A stretch of 64,000 nucleotides of DNA, from NCBI GenBank assembly GCA_963829055.1, contig CAWHHI010000003.1:96001-160000 (forward strand), written 5' to 3'. The notes under the pieces were generated by a model. The model had not been told where the DNA came from. It was given only the letters and a program-made list of their open reading frames with translations, and did no database searches. The position numbers were made by a program, and so were the translations under genes. The DNA comes from an uncultured Gemmatimonadaceae bacterium. Its GTDB lineage: Bacteria; Gemmatimonadota; Gemmatimonadetes; Gemmatimonadales; Gemmatimonadaceae. Below are positions 21,954 to 32,307 of this stretch, one piece after another. Each line of letters starts with the position of its first letter. The first letter of the stretch is position 1.

Positions 21954-22700
21954 ATGACCGTTAGCTCCACCCTCGATATCGCGGGACTGCAGCGCGTCGG
22001 CCAACTCGTGGCGCGCACCATCGCGCACATGCGCGCCAGCGTACGTCCGGGCATCACGACCGCCGAGCTGGACCTCATTGGCGAACGGTTCGCGCGCGCC
22101 GAAGGCGCACGCTCGGCGCCACAGCTCGCGTACGATTTTCCGGGCTTCAACTGCCTGAGCGTGAATGACGAGATCGTGCACGGCGTACCCGGCGCGCGCG
22201 TCCTCGCGGAGGGCGATGTCGTGAAGCTCGATGTGACGCTGGAGCTCGATGGCTACATGGCGGACAGCGCAGTCACGGTCGTGATTCCGCCAGTATCTCT
22301 GGAAGCGCGACAACTCCAGCGCGCGGCGCGCATCGCGTTCAACCACGGCATTGCGGTCGCGCGAGCCGGGCAGTCGTTGCGTGAGGTAGGGCGCGCGGTG
22401 GAAGCGGCGGCCAAGCGCGAAGGCGCGGTCGTCGTCCGTGAGCTGACGGGCCACGGCATTGGCCGTCGCATTCACGAACCGCCGAGTGTTCCGAACTGGG
22501 CTGACCCGAACGCACGCACAGTGCTGACCGAGGGTCTCGTGATCGCGCTCGAGCCGATGCTGACGAGCGTGCCGGTGCGTGTGGTCGAGGAAGCCGATGG
22601 CTGGACGCTGCGCACTCACAACCGGGTCCTGGCGGTCCATCACGAGCACACGATCCTGATCCGACGCGGCGCGCCGCTCGTGCTGACGCTGGCTGCCTAA
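21954..22700 (+). CDS. map: Type I methionine aminopeptidase
   Basis: SVNDEIVHGVP, DGYMADSA, GHGIG..IHEPP, EPM, HEHT. Confidence 0.9.
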   Translation: MTVSSTLDIAGLQRVGQLVARTIAHMRASVRPGITTAELDLIGERFARAEGARSAPQLAYDFPGFNCLSVNDEIVHGVPGARVLAEGDVVKLDVTLELDGYMADSAVTVVIPPVSLEARQLQRAARIAFNHGIAVARAGQSLREVGRAVEAAAKREGAVVVRELTGHGIGRRIHEPPSVPNWADPNARTVLTEGLVIALEPMLTSVPVRVVEEADGWTLRTHNRVLAVHHEHTILIRRGAPLVLTLAA

Positions 22701-22734
22701 CGCTCAGCACCTTCGGCTGGTAACGGAGCCGCGA

Positions 22735-23049
22735 ATGACGGAGCCGCGAATGGTCGTCTCTGACCTCGTTCGAAGCGAAGTGCAGAGCCGATTTCCCAAC
22801 GACGCGGCGACCGTGGTCGAACAGCTCGCGGTGACGCCGCTCCCGTTTCTCGACGCGCCTGACCGCACGCGCGAGCGGGATCGCGTTCACCTCGCCATCA
22901 TCAAGCTGTCGGGCGGCGACACAGCGAAACTTCCGCACATTCTCGACCGGGCCGCAATGGACTGGCGCGACGTTCTCGTGTGGTCCGGCCTCGGGAACGT
23001 CGACTGGCCGGACGTGCTGCGCGCAGCGGGCTTCCCGGTGCCCGAGTAG
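22735..23049 (+). CDS. Hypothetical protein
   Basis: RVHLAIIKLS.GD...A.DWRDVL; protein-like ORF. Confidence 0.7.
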   Translation: MTEPRMVVSDLVRSEVQSRFPNDAATVVEQLAVTPLPFLDAPDRTRERDRVHLAIIKLSGGDTAKLPHILDRAAMDWRDVLVWSGLGNVDWPDVLRAAGFPVPE

Positions 23050-23122
23050 CCGTACCCGCGACCGTCCGACCGGACCATATTCCTGATTCCTGCCGACCGC
23101 ACTGGCTGGCCCTTCCTTCTCA

Positions 23123-23956
23123 ATGGAGAGTCCCCTGGAATCCCCGCACGTCACCGATCTCGCACTCGCCCAACGACTCGAGCGCGCCGAGGGGAGCGCG
23201 AATGCCGCGTTCGTCGAATCTCGCGCGCGAAGCGCGCCCGCGATCGGCGCCGAATGGCGCGACGTAGGAGGCACGTACGCGATGTTCGACGGCGTCGGCT
23301 CGCCGATCACGCAGACGTTCGGGTTCGGCCTGTTCTCCGCGCCGACACATGGACAACTCGACGAGATCGAGGCGTTCTTCCGCGAGCGTGGCTCCGAGGT
23401 GTTCCAGGAAGTCAGCCCGCTCGCCGCTCCTGAGGTCCTCACGATCCTGCCGGAGCGCGGCTACCGCCCGATCGAGCTCACGTCGGTGATGCACATGCGC
23501 CTAACGGGAGATCGACCGGCCGCGCAGCGCCGCTCGTCCGCCGAGCTCACGGTGCGGCGCATTGACCCGGGCGAGGAGCCGGTGTGGGCCGAGACGGCGG
23601 CGCGGGGCTGGGGAGACGTTCCAGGGCTCGGTGAGCTCGTGCTCGACCTCGGTCGCGTCAGCGCGGGCAGCAGAGGCACCGTGTGCTTTCTGGCCGAGTG
23701 GAACGGCGCGCCCATTGGGGCTGCGGCGGCGGCGCTGCATGGAGGCGTCGCGGTGCTCGCGGGTGCCAGCACGGCGCCCGAGTTTCGCGGCCGCGGCGCG
23801 CAGGCCGCGCTACTCGGCGCCCGCCTGGCGTACGCGGCGTCTGCCGGTTGCGATCTCGCGATGATGGGAGCGTCGCCGGGTAGCGCGTCGCAGCGGAACG
23901 GCGAGCGTCAGGGATTCCGGATCGGCTATACGCGGATCAAGTGGCAACAGAGATAA
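23123..23956 (+). CDS. GNAT family acetyltransferase
   Basis: T.PEFRGRGAQ acetyl-CoA motif; SQRN.ERQGF. Confidence 0.85.
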   Translation: MESPLESPHVTDLALAQRLERAEGSANAAFVESRARSAPAIGAEWRDVGGTYAMFDGVGSPITQTFGFGLFSAPTHGQLDEIEAFFRERGSEVFQEVSPLAAPEVLTILPERGYRPIELTSVMHMRLTGDRPAAQRRSSAELTVRRIDPGEEPVWAETAARGWGDVPGLGELVLDLGRVSAGSRGTVCFLAEWNGAPIGAAAAALHGGVAVLAGASTAPEFRGRGAQAALLGARLAYAASAGCDLAMMGASPGSASQRNGERQGFRIGYTRIKWQQR

Positions 23957-23960
23957 AACC

Positions 23961-24124
23961 GGGAACTGGGAACTGGGAACGGGGAACTGCGGCTGGTTGC
24001 TGGGTGGTCGTGCTGGTGGCTGGGTGACGCTGGGTGCGGCTGCATGCAGCGAGCAGCACGTGGTGTCCTGGGCGGTAATAGCAGCAGCGGGCAGCGTGTG
24101 GCCGCAGCATGCAGCCGTCGGCAA
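23961..24124. repeat. (GGGAACT)n array plus about 135-bp GCTG-rich element, copy 1
   Basis: Reverse complement recurs at 37336-37493. Confidence 0.8.
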
Positions 24125-24158
24125 CCGTTTTTTGTTTTGTCATTTCGCCGTTCACTTG

Positions 24159-26849
24159 TTACTCCCAACGTAGTGCCCGCACAGGGTCCAGCTTCGAAGC
24201 TCGACGCGCCGGCAGCCAGGCCGCCAACGCACCAGCAGCAAGCAGCACCGCCGAGACAGCGAGCAGCGTAACCGGATCCGTAGGCGTGATGCCATAGAGC
24301 AGCGGCGTAGCAACCGCACGCAGCGAGACCGCCAGCGCGAGCCCCACCGACAAGCCAATTCCAGCCACCGCTACGCCGCGCCGAAGCACCGCCGCTCGCA
24401 CCGACGTCGGCGTCGCACCTAACGCCATGCGCACGCCGATCTCGCGCGTGCGCTGCGCCGTCACGTACGACAACACGCCGTAGAGGCCGATCGCGCCCAT
24501 GAAGAGCCCGATCACCGCCGCCACCGCGAAACCAATCATGGAGAAGCGCATGCCGCTCTGCGCCGCCGCCACCACCGACGACAGCGTCCGAGTCTCGGCC
24601 AGCGGCAGCGTCGGGTCGAGCTGCGCCAGCTGATTCCGCGCCGCCGCGATCAGCGAGGCCGGCGGCATGCTCGTGCGCACCGCGTACACCATCGATCGCG
24701 CAAGCCAGTCCATGTCCACGCCGGGCTTGTTGATCATCGCGTAGTAGACCGCCCCGACCGGCTCCTTGTCGAGCGCGACGCCGCGCACGTCGCCGACGAC
24801 GCCGACGACCTCTGACCACGGCTTCTCGCCCTTCACGCCGGCGAGTCCGTGCGCCACCCGCGCGCCCACCGCCGGCCGCGACTCCATGAGCTTCCGCACG
24901 ACGGTCTCCGTCACGAGCACGACGCCAGTGTGCCGCTCCGTGTCCGATCGCTCGAGCAGGCGGCCGGCCAGCTTCGGGATACCCATCGCCTCGAAGTAGC
25001 CCGGCGTCGCGACCCGCATCTCGGCAAGCGGAGGCAGCACGTTAGGCGGGAACGCCCGGCTCTCGAGTCGCAGCGGATCGGCTTCGCCATTGTCACCGGA
25101 CAGCGGCAGGCGACCCGTTGCCCCGGCCGCGAATACGCCGGGAAGCGCCCGCATGCGATCGAGCATTGCGTAGTGGAAACGAGCCACATCCTCGGACGTG
25201 GGGTAGCCCGACTGCGGCAGCGCAATGCGAAACGTGATCACGCCGTCGGCGCGAAACCCCGGGTCGACCGCGCGCAGCTTCTGAAAGCTCCGCAGCACGA
25301 GCCCCGACCCAACGAGCAGCACCGTCGCCATCGTGACCTGCGCGACGACGAGCAACTGGCGCAACTGGCCGCTCCGCCGGCCGATCGTCGCGGCGCGATC
25401 GCCACCACGAAGCATCGACGACGGCGCCACCGAACGGTTGTGCGCCACCGGCACGACGCCGCACACGACGGCCACGACCGCGGCGACGAGAGTCGTGCCG
25501 GCCAACACGGTCGCGTCGAGTCGAATGTCGCCGAGACGCGGGAGCAGGCTCGGGGCGAGTCGGCGCAGGAGCGCCACCGCACTCCAGGCGAACAGCACCC
25601 CGACCGCCGTGCCCGACAACAGCAGCATCGCGCTCTCCGCCAGCGACTGCGCTAGCAGATGCCCGCGGCCGGCGCCTAACGCGATTCGCAGCGCGACCTC
25701 GCGCCGCCGGGCCTCGGCCCGCACGAGCAGGAGGCTCGCGACGTTCACGCAGGCGATGAGCAGGACGAGCCCGATCATCGCCCACAACGTCCAGAGCACC
25801 GGGCGCACGCGGCCGACGACGTCGTCGAGGTATGGGTGCACATCGGTGGTGAGGCCAGCATCGCGCAGCGTCGCGATCGAGATGAAGTCCACGAGCGTCG
25901 CGACGCGCGGAAGCAAAGCGGTGAGTTCGCGGGACGCCTGCTCGGGCGTAACGCCGGCGCGAAGACGGCCGATGCCCGGCAGGTAAAAGCCGCTCAGGTC
26001 GTTACGGTCGATGCGCATGGGCACCCATAGCTGGGCCGCCTCGGTCGGGAACGCGAAACGCGCCGGCATGACGCCGATGATCTCGCACGTCGTGCCGTCG
26101 ACGGTTACGGTGCGGCCGATGACGGACGGGTCACCGCCGAAGCGCTGTCGCCATAGCGCATGCGACAGGATGACCACGCGCGGCCCACCCGGTCGATCCT
26201 CCTCGACTGAAAACGTCCGGCCTAACGCTGGCGGGATGCGAAGCACGTCGAACAGGCTGCGGGTCGCTGATACGACGTCCACCCAGTCGGGCGGCGCGTC
26301 GTTGCCCGTCAGGCTTCCCTGCCATGTGGAGTACAACGCCATCGCCTCGAAGCTCCGGCTTCCCTCCGAGTACACGGTGTGGGTGGCCGAGGAGTTCGGG
26401 ATCTGCTTCGGGAGGTCGCCTCCGCGCGTGTGGTGGCCGATCGTGACGATGCGATCGGGGTCAGGGTACGCGAGGGGCCTGAGGAGCACGCCGTTCACGA
26501 CGCTGAACACCGCCGCGTTGCCGCCGATCCCTAACGCGAGCGTCAGGACGGCCGCGATCGTGAAGCCCGGGGTCTTCCGCAGCTGACGCGCGGCGAAGCG
26601 GAGGTCGAAGCCCGCGCGCTCGATGCCGCGCACGCCGCGACCTTCCCTCATGGATTCCTTGTGCCCTTCGACGCTCCCGAACGCGAGCGTCGCGCGTCGT
26701 CGCGCCTCGTCGGCCGGTAGTCCTCGCTTCGCGTGCTTCGCCGCTTCCATTTCGATATGGAAGCGCATCTCCTCGTCGAGCTCTCGCTCCAGCGTGCGCC
26801 GCGAGGCGAGCGCGCGAAGCCACATGGTGATTCGCTTGGTGCCGCGCAT
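24159..26849 (-). CDS. ADOP-type duplicated ABC permease
   Basis: [40 protein letters not shown]. Confidence 0.9.
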   Translation of the reverse strand: MRGTKRITMWLRALASRRTLERELDEEMRFHIEMEAAKHAKRGLPADEARRRATLAFGSVEGHKESMREGRGVRGIERAGFDLRFAARQLRKTPGFTIAAVLTLALGIGGNAAVFSVVNGVLLRPLAYPDPDRIVTIGHHTRGGDLPKQIPNSSATHTVYSEGSRSFEAMALYSTWQGSLTGNDAPPDWVDVVSATRSLFDVLRIPPALGRTFSVEEDRPGGPRVVILSHALWRQRFGGDPSVIGRTVTVDGTTCEIIGVMPARFAFPTEAAQLWVPMRIDRNDLSGFYLPGIGRLRAGVTPEQASRELTALLPRVATLVDFISIATLRDAGLTTDVHPYLDDVVGRVRPVLWTLWAMIGLVLLIACVNVASLLLVRAEARRREVALRIALGAGRGHLLAQSLAESAMLLLSGTAVGVLFAWSAVALLRRLAPSLLPRLGDIRLDATVLAGTTLVAAVVAVVCGVVPVAHNRSVAPSSMLRGGDRAATIGRRSGQLRQLLVVAQVTMATVLLVGSGLVLRSFQKLRAVDPGFRADGVITFRIALPQSGYPTSEDVARFHYAMLDRMRALPGVFAAGATGRLPLSGDNGEADPLRLESRAFPPNVLPPLAEMRVATPGYFEAMGIPKLAGRLLERSDTERHTGVVLVTETVVRKLMESRPAVGARVAHGLAGVKGEKPWSEVVGVVGDVRGVALDKEPVGAVYYAMINKPGVDMDWLARSMVYAVRTSMPPASLIAAARNQLAQLDPTLPLAETRTLSSVVAAAQSGMRFSMIGFAVAAVIGLFMGAIGLYGVLSYVTAQRTREIGVRMALGATPTSVRAAVLRRGVAVAGIGLSVGLALAVSLRAVATPLLYGITPTDPVTLLAVSAVLLAAGALAAWLPARRASKLDPVRALRWE

Positions 26850-26865
26850 GTCTGGGCCTCGGGCG

Positions 26866-27198
26866 TCAGGTGGTTCGGAGGAGCTGCTCGACCGCGAGCA
26901 CGTGCCGGCGCCAGCTCTGCGTCTCGGCCGCGAGCGCGCGCTTGCCGACTGGCGTGAGGCGGTAGTACTTGGCGCGGCGGTTGTTGTCGGTAACGCGCCA
27001 CTCGCTGTCGATCCACTCCTTCTGCTCGAGCCGCTGGAGTGCCGGGTAGAGCGAGCCCTGGTTCACCTCGAGCACGCCGTCGCTCACCTGCTGGATGCGC
27101 TGGGTGATCCCCCACCCGTGCATGGGCGCGAGCGAGAGCGTGCGAAGCACGAGGAGGTCTATGGTACCGCGGAGCGGCTCGTTCGATGACTCACCCAT
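26866..27198 (-). CDS. padR: PadR family regulator (acidobacterial type)
   Basis: [38 protein letters not shown]. Confidence 0.92.
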   Translation of the reverse strand: MGESSNEPLRGTIDLLVLRTLSLAPMHGWGITQRIQQVSDGVLEVNQGSLYPALQRLEQKEWIDSEWRVTDNNRRAKYYRLTPVGKRALAAETQSWRRHVLAVEQLLRTT

Positions 27199-27486
27199 TT
27201 CTACCTCTACCCCGCTGTCATTTCGATACCGATCGTGTCGTCGTTCCGAGCCGGGCGCCCACGGACGGTGCGGGAATGAGAACTCGCAGTCGTGCCGTGG
27301 AGACTCGGCGTTGCCTATTTACGATTTCGAGAGAAGAGAATTCACCCCGGTCCTGTTGAAGTCAAGAGGAGCGGTGACACCTCGTCGACCGAATTCCACC
27401 ATTCGTCGTACAGCCGCCGCAGCGGCGTATCCGACGCAGAGCGGTCGCTCTGCATAGTCGCCTCCGTACCACTCACTGGAGGCGTG

Positions 27487-28599
27487 ATGGTCGCGAACTC
27501 TTCGCAGCGCTGGCTGCGCGTTGCTGCCGCACTACTGCTCGCCACGACGTCAGTCGCTGCACAATCGACATCGTCGGCGCCGTTCGTCCCAGAGATCGTC
27601 AAGACGCAGCTCGCCGACGGCGTCTTCCTGCTCGCCGGAGGACCCGACGGCTATGTCGACGGCACGAATACCGTAGTCGTTGTGAACGACAACGGCGTGC
27701 TCGTGTTCGACACCAGCACGCGACCGTCTACTGCGCGCGCAATCCTCGCGGAGATCCGGAAGATCACCGACAAGCCGGTGCGCTACGTCGTCAACTCGCA
27801 CTGGCACCCGGACCACTGGTCGGGCAACGAGGTGTTCGCCGACGCGTTTCCTAACGTGGAGTTCATCGCGACGGAACAGGCGAAGACCTACATGCTGAAC
27901 ATGGGGAACTTCTTCGCCCCGCGCTTCAAGCAGCGGCTGCCGAAAACGGAAGCGACGTACGCGAGCGAGATCGCGACCGGCAAGGACGCGGACGGCAGCA
28001 CACTCTCTCCCAAGGAGCTCGCCGACGAGACGACGTTCATGACGCGCTACCGGACCTTCGTCGCCGAGACGCAGACGGTTCGCCGCACGTATCCGACGCT
28101 CACGTACGTCGACGAGCTGCGCCTGGGGCACGTGGGGCGTGGCAATCAAGAGATCGTGCTCATGAGCGTCACCGGCGACGCCGAGGGTACGACGGTGATG
28201 TACCTGCCGCAGGGGAAGGTGCTCGTCACTGGCGACGCGGTCTCGTATCCACTTCCCTACACCACGCCCCCGCCGAGCCGTCACGCGAAGAGTCTGCGGA
28301 CGCTCGCTCGTCTCGACGTCGACGCGATCGTCCCGGGACACGGGCCGGTGTTTCGCGACAGGAGCTTCATCAATCTCGAGGCAGAGTTCCTCGAGACCGC
28401 GGTCGCCCGCGTGCAGGTGTCGCTCCGCAAACCGCTCTTCCTGCTCGCGGACGTTCAGAAGGATGTGAACATGGACGACTTCCGCGTGCGCTTCACGAAG
28501 GATGACCCGACGCTGAACAAGCAGTTCGCGGGATTCGCGAGCGGCGTGGTCAGGCTGGCGTATCTGGAGTCGCGAGACAACCAGGAATCGCGGCCATAA
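27487..28599 (+). CDS. Secreted MBL-fold metallo-hydrolase
   Basis: Signal peptide; SHWHPDHWSGN, GD, VPGHG. Confidence 0.85.
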   Translation: MVANSSQRWLRVAAALLLATTSVAAQSTSSAPFVPEIVKTQLADGVFLLAGGPDGYVDGTNTVVVVNDNGVLVFDTSTRPSTARAILAEIRKITDKPVRYVVNSHWHPDHWSGNEVFADAFPNVEFIATEQAKTYMLNMGNFFAPRFKQRLPKTEATYASEIATGKDADGSTLSPKELADETTFMTRYRTFVAETQTVRRTYPTLTYVDELRLGHVGRGNQEIVLMSVTGDAEGTTVMYLPQGKVLVTGDAVSYPLPYTTPPPSRHAKSLRTLARLDVDAIVPGHGPVFRDRSFINLEAEFLETAVARVQVSLRKPLFLLADVQKDVNMDDFRVRFTKDDPTLNKQFAGFASGVVRLAYLESRDNQESRP

Positions 28600-28823
28600 C
28601 GTGGCCGACGGTCTCCCGGCGTGATTGCGGCTGGCGGCGCCGGTCCGGTGGCAACGACGGATCACCGCAGGGGATCCGGACTGTTCCCGTTGTTCGAACC
28701 GAGGTGCAATGCAGATCACGGACGCTGGGTTCTGGATGCCGTGTCGAAGCAGTGTGTCTCGGATGGTGGCTGAATCAGTCGTCTGGAACCGGCGCACGCG
28801 ATCGGATGTCGCGACGCAGTCCG

Positions 28824-29414
28824 CTAGCGACCGCGTCTCGAGTCGATCCTGACGCCGAGGCGCATGCTTGCCCGCCCGCCCTTCTCCGCGTCAGCGTACC
28901 CGCCGGTGTCGTAGTCGTGCGACAACCACGCGTAGTGGGCGGCGGCGTCGACCTGCAGGTGGCTCGCGACGGACCACAACACACCGGCTCCGAGGCCGGA
29001 GATGTACCCGGTCGCTTCGTCAGTGATGCCTAACACGCCTTCATACGTTGCCATGGCGCGACCGAGGCGCACCGCGGCGTACGGTACCACCCGCCGCAGC
29101 GGAGCGCCGAACACGACGCGAGGCTCGAAGTAGATGTTGCTGACGATGTAGTCGCCGTCTGTGTCCTCGCGGCCGTAGCTCGTGCGATCGTACCCGACGC
29201 CGAGCTGCCACCGACCCAGGACGACGCCACCATTGGCGTCGTAGCCGACGGCAGCCTCCGTTCCGTTGAAGTCGTCGCCGGTGAGATTGCCGTACATCGC
29301 ACCCGCGCCCAGCGTGAAATGAACGCGCGACGACGATGCACTTTGCGCGTGGGCGGCGGAAACCGTGAGCGCGCTGATACAGGCAATGATCGACGCGGCG
29401 AGCGATCGCCGCAT
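28824..29414 (-). CDS. Outer-membrane beta-barrel protein
   Basis: Signal peptide (AHA|Q); alternating beta-strand pattern, VVPY. Confidence 0.7.
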   Translation of the reverse strand: MRRSLAASIIACISALTVSAAHAQSASSSRVHFTLGAGAMYGNLTGDDFNGTEAAVGYDANGGVVLGRWQLGVGYDRTSYGREDTDGDYIVSNIYFEPRVVFGAPLRRVVPYAAVRLGRAMATYEGVLGITDEATGYISGLGAGVLWSVASHLQVDAAAHYAWLSHDYDTGGYADAEKGGRASMRLGVRIDSRRGR

Positions 29415-30733
29415 CAACTTTTCGGCATGCCCGACTCGCGAGTCCCCAGACGATAGATGAGCACGGCCGCGCGCTTCGTGAGTTTCGGCAACCAGCGCAG
29501 GTCCGCCGTCTCCTTGTCGGAGTGGTCATCCCAGCCGGCGAGGCCTAACGCGTCGATGGCCATCGGGATGTACGGCGCGGCGAACGAGACGTCCGCGGCT
29601 CCGGCGCGCGACGGGTCCACCGCCACCACGGGCCCATAGCCGAGGGCACGGCTCACGGAGTCGTAGGCGGCGAGGAGCCGGCGGTTGCCCTCCGTCGGCG
29701 CCATCGGCGGATACCCGTCGTCGAACGTCAGCTCGGCCGTCGTCTTCGGCAGATGCTGCGCGACGACTTCGGCCATCGTCGCCTTGGCCTTCGCCAGCTG
29801 CTCGGGCGAGAGCGCCCGGAGGTCACCGCTCACGATGGTCTGACCGGCGACGACGTTCGTCTTGCCGAACGCCGTGCCGCCACCCTGCGCGGTGTCATAC
29901 TTGACCTCCGACCCGCCTAACACGACGCCAGGGTTGAACGTCAGATACTGCTGCCCACTGAGCTTCTCGCGAAACCCCTGAAGAATGCGCGCCGCCTCGA
30001 ACAGCGCGCCGGCGCCGATGTCGTCGCGGAAGATCTGCGACGAGTGCGCCGGCGTGCCGGTCGTGCGGAGCGTCCACGACCCCGCGCTGCGGCGCGAGAT
30101 GACCGCCGTATGCGGATCGCCCGAGCCGTCCTCGAAGCCTAACGCCACCTGCGATCGCTTGGCCGCTTCGGTGAGCGTGGCGCGGGCGGCGTCGAGTGGC
30201 GCACCAGCATCCTCCTCGTCGCCATGCATAACGACAGTGATGCTCAGTCCGTCGAGCAGGCCCGCGGTCTTGAGCGCCCGGAGCGCCTCGACGATGATGA
30301 CGTCCCCGCCCTTCATGTCGATGATGCCGGGGCCGCGCGCGGTCGAGTCGCTCAGTCGCTCGAATTTCTGGAACGGGCTGCGCGGCTCGAACACCGTGTC
30401 GAGGTGTCCGATCAGCAGAAGACGCTGGCCGCGCCCGTTCCGCTCGGCGACGAGATGCCCGGCGCGCTTGAAGCTGCCGCCGTCGACCCACTTGGTGGAG
30501 AAGCCGAGCGCATCGAGCTCGGCGCGGAACGCGTCGCCCACCTGCCTGACGCCGGCGAAGTTCATCGTCCCGCTGTTGATGTTGACGACGCGCTCGAGCA
30601 GCGCGAGCGCCTGGGCGTTGCGCGCATCGACGGCGGCGGCGATGCGACGCTCCGGCGCGGTCAGCGCCGGCGTCTGAGAGAGTGCCACCGTCGGCAGGGT
30701 CAGACACGCGCACAGCAAAACGCCCTTCATCAT
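29414..30733 (-). CDS. Secreted M20 family metallopeptidase (glutamate carboxypeptidase-like)
   Basis: GHLDTVF, GPG..DMKGG, DEE, AHSS. Confidence 0.9.
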   Translation of the reverse strand: MMKGVLLCACLTLPTVALSQTPALTAPERRIAAAVDARNAQALALLERVVNINSGTMNFAGVRQVGDAFRAELDALGFSTKWVDGGSFKRAGHLVAERNGRGQRLLLIGHLDTVFEPRSPFQKFERLSDSTARGPGIIDMKGGDVIIVEALRALKTAGLLDGLSITVVMHGDEEDAGAPLDAARATLTEAAKRSQVALGFEDGSGDPHTAVISRRSAGSWTLRTTGTPAHSSQIFRDDIGAGALFEAARILQGFREKLSGQQYLTFNPGVVLGGSEVKYDTAQGGGTAFGKTNVVAGQTIVSGDLRALSPEQLAKAKATMAEVVAQHLPKTTAELTFDDGYPPMAPTEGNRRLLAAYDSVSRALGYGPVVAVDPSRAGAADVSFAAPYIPMAIDALGLAGWDDHSDKETADLRWLPKLTKRAAVLIYRLGTRESGMPKS

Positions 30734-30755
30734 TGACTCCAGGTTCTCAGTGAAA

Positions 30756-30942
30756 GTCATTCCGGGCGGCTGTCATTCCGAGCGGAGCTGGTGTCATTCC
30801 GAGCGAGCGAGCCGGGTGCCACCGAGCGGGTCGAGGAATCCTTGCTCTCTGGGTAGAGCGGCTTCTCTGCCGGGACGCCAAGGATTCCTCGACTGCGCGC
30901 CTTCGGCGCTCCGCTCGGAATGACAAACCGCTCGGAATGACA
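30756..30942. repeat. GTCATTCCGAG...CTCGGAATGAC element with reiterated ends
   Basis: Three GTCATTCCG and two CTCGGAATGACA copies; internal TCGAGGAATC/GATTCCTCGA stem. Confidence 0.85.
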
Positions 30943-30948
30943 ACCCGC

Positions 30949-31836
30949 TCAAGATTTACGCGCCCGGCCCACCACGAGCGTGATGTTGTCCGTGCCGCCG
31001 CGATCGAGCGCCATCTTCAGCAACTCGTGGCACACCTGCTCCGCGGATTCCATTGCGGCGAGCTTCGTCGCGATCTCGTCGTCGGGCACGTGCTTCGTGA
31101 GCCCGTCGCTACATACCAGGATCACCGACCCACGCTGCCTGACATCCACTCGGCTCACCTCGGGCATCGCTTCCGACGCGCCGATGGCGCTCGCCAGCAC
31201 GTGGCTGAGCGGTGACGCCTTCATCTGCTCCTTCTTGAGGATGCCCTCGTCCACGAGGTTCTGCGCGACCGTCTGGTCGCGCGTCACCTGCCGCAGCGCC
31301 CCGTCCTGATAGACGTAGCAGCGGCTGTCGCCGACCTGTAGCACATACAGCCACGGCCAGACCACGATGCCTAACGACAACGTCGTCGCCATCTGCCGCC
31401 CGCCGAGCTCGGCGACGGCCTCGGCGCGGACCGTGTCGTGGGCCTCGATCGCCGCCGTGCGCAACGCATCGGTGAACTCCGACTCGCTCGCCGAGCCCGC
31501 CGTGTGATAGCAGCGAAGCGCCGTCGCCACGTACTGCGTGACCGCCTCGGTGGCGATGCGGCTCGCACGACTACCCGCCGCGCTGCCACCTACGCCGTCC
31601 GCCACGAGCATGATCGTGGCGAGCCGCTGCCCGCGCAGCGCGAGGGAGCTCGTCTCCGGCAGGCTGGTCCCATGAATCACGACCTGCGGGTGCACCGTGC
31701 AGAGAAGGAAGTGATCCTGATTCTCGGTGCGGACGCGGCCCGGATGCGTAAGGCCGAAGAGGTCGAGCTCGTCGTCGCGAGGGCGCGCGTTGGAACCAGC
31801 GGGGCTCTGCGTAGAGAACGGCGCGGCGAGGCTCAT
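30949..31836 (-). CDS. PP2C/PPM Ser/Thr protein phosphatase
   Basis: G.VR.ENQD, VADGVGG, VGDSR, CSDGL, GG.DNIT. Confidence 0.9.
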   Translation of the reverse strand: MSLAAPFSTQSPAGSNARPRDDELDLFGLTHPGRVRTENQDHFLLCTVHPQVVIHGTSLPETSSLALRGQRLATIMLVADGVGGSAAGSRASRIATEAVTQYVATALRCYHTAGSASESEFTDALRTAAIEAHDTVRAEAVAELGGRQMATTLSLGIVVWPWLYVLQVGDSRCYVYQDGALRQVTRDQTVAQNLVDEGILKKEQMKASPLSHVLASAIGASEAMPEVSRVDVRQRGSVILVCSDGLTKHVPDDEIATKLAAMESAEQVCHELLKMALDRGGTDNITLVVGRARKS

Positions 31837-32035
31837 GAGTTCGTCCCCAGGGGGGTCGGGATGCGGCGACTGCACAAATAGAGGAAGCTGCGTCTTTAAT
31901 AGAATGGGCGACGGTGTCGCAATGTGGCAAGAAATGCGGCAGAACCCACGCCGCCGCCACCCACGTGCCGTCCCCGCCCTGCTCGTTATGCACCGGATTT
32001 CCGGAAACGGGAGGCAATGAATGTCTCGGTTCAGC

Positions 32036-32183
32036 ATTACACCCCGCGAGCGCGAGATCATGCGCGTGACCGACCAAGGATGTCGAATAAGGACATACCG
32101 CGCCACCTTGGGATACGTGTGGCGACAGCAAAGAGCCATGTTCACCACATTCGCGTCGTGCTCGGGACGATGAAGCGCTCCGA
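32036..32183 (+). pseudogene. Remnant LuxR-type HTH domain
   Basis: With one frameshift reads ITPREREIMRVTDQGMSNKDIPRHLGIRVATAKSHVHHI..LG. Confidence 0.6.
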
Positions 32184-32307
32184 GTCCCCTTCGGAAGCCA
32201 TCAAATCAGCGATTGACCGCATCATCGCGCCCGGAACCGATGACTTCCGGCGGCAGGACGGCGCCCCCATGTTCGGTGCTCACCGCCAATCGACCCGTCG
32301 AACCGCC

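Noticed and set aside
27487..28599. Calling the MBL-fold protein a beta-lactamase
   Set aside because: HxHxDH is shared by the whole superfamily; nothing specific for resistance.
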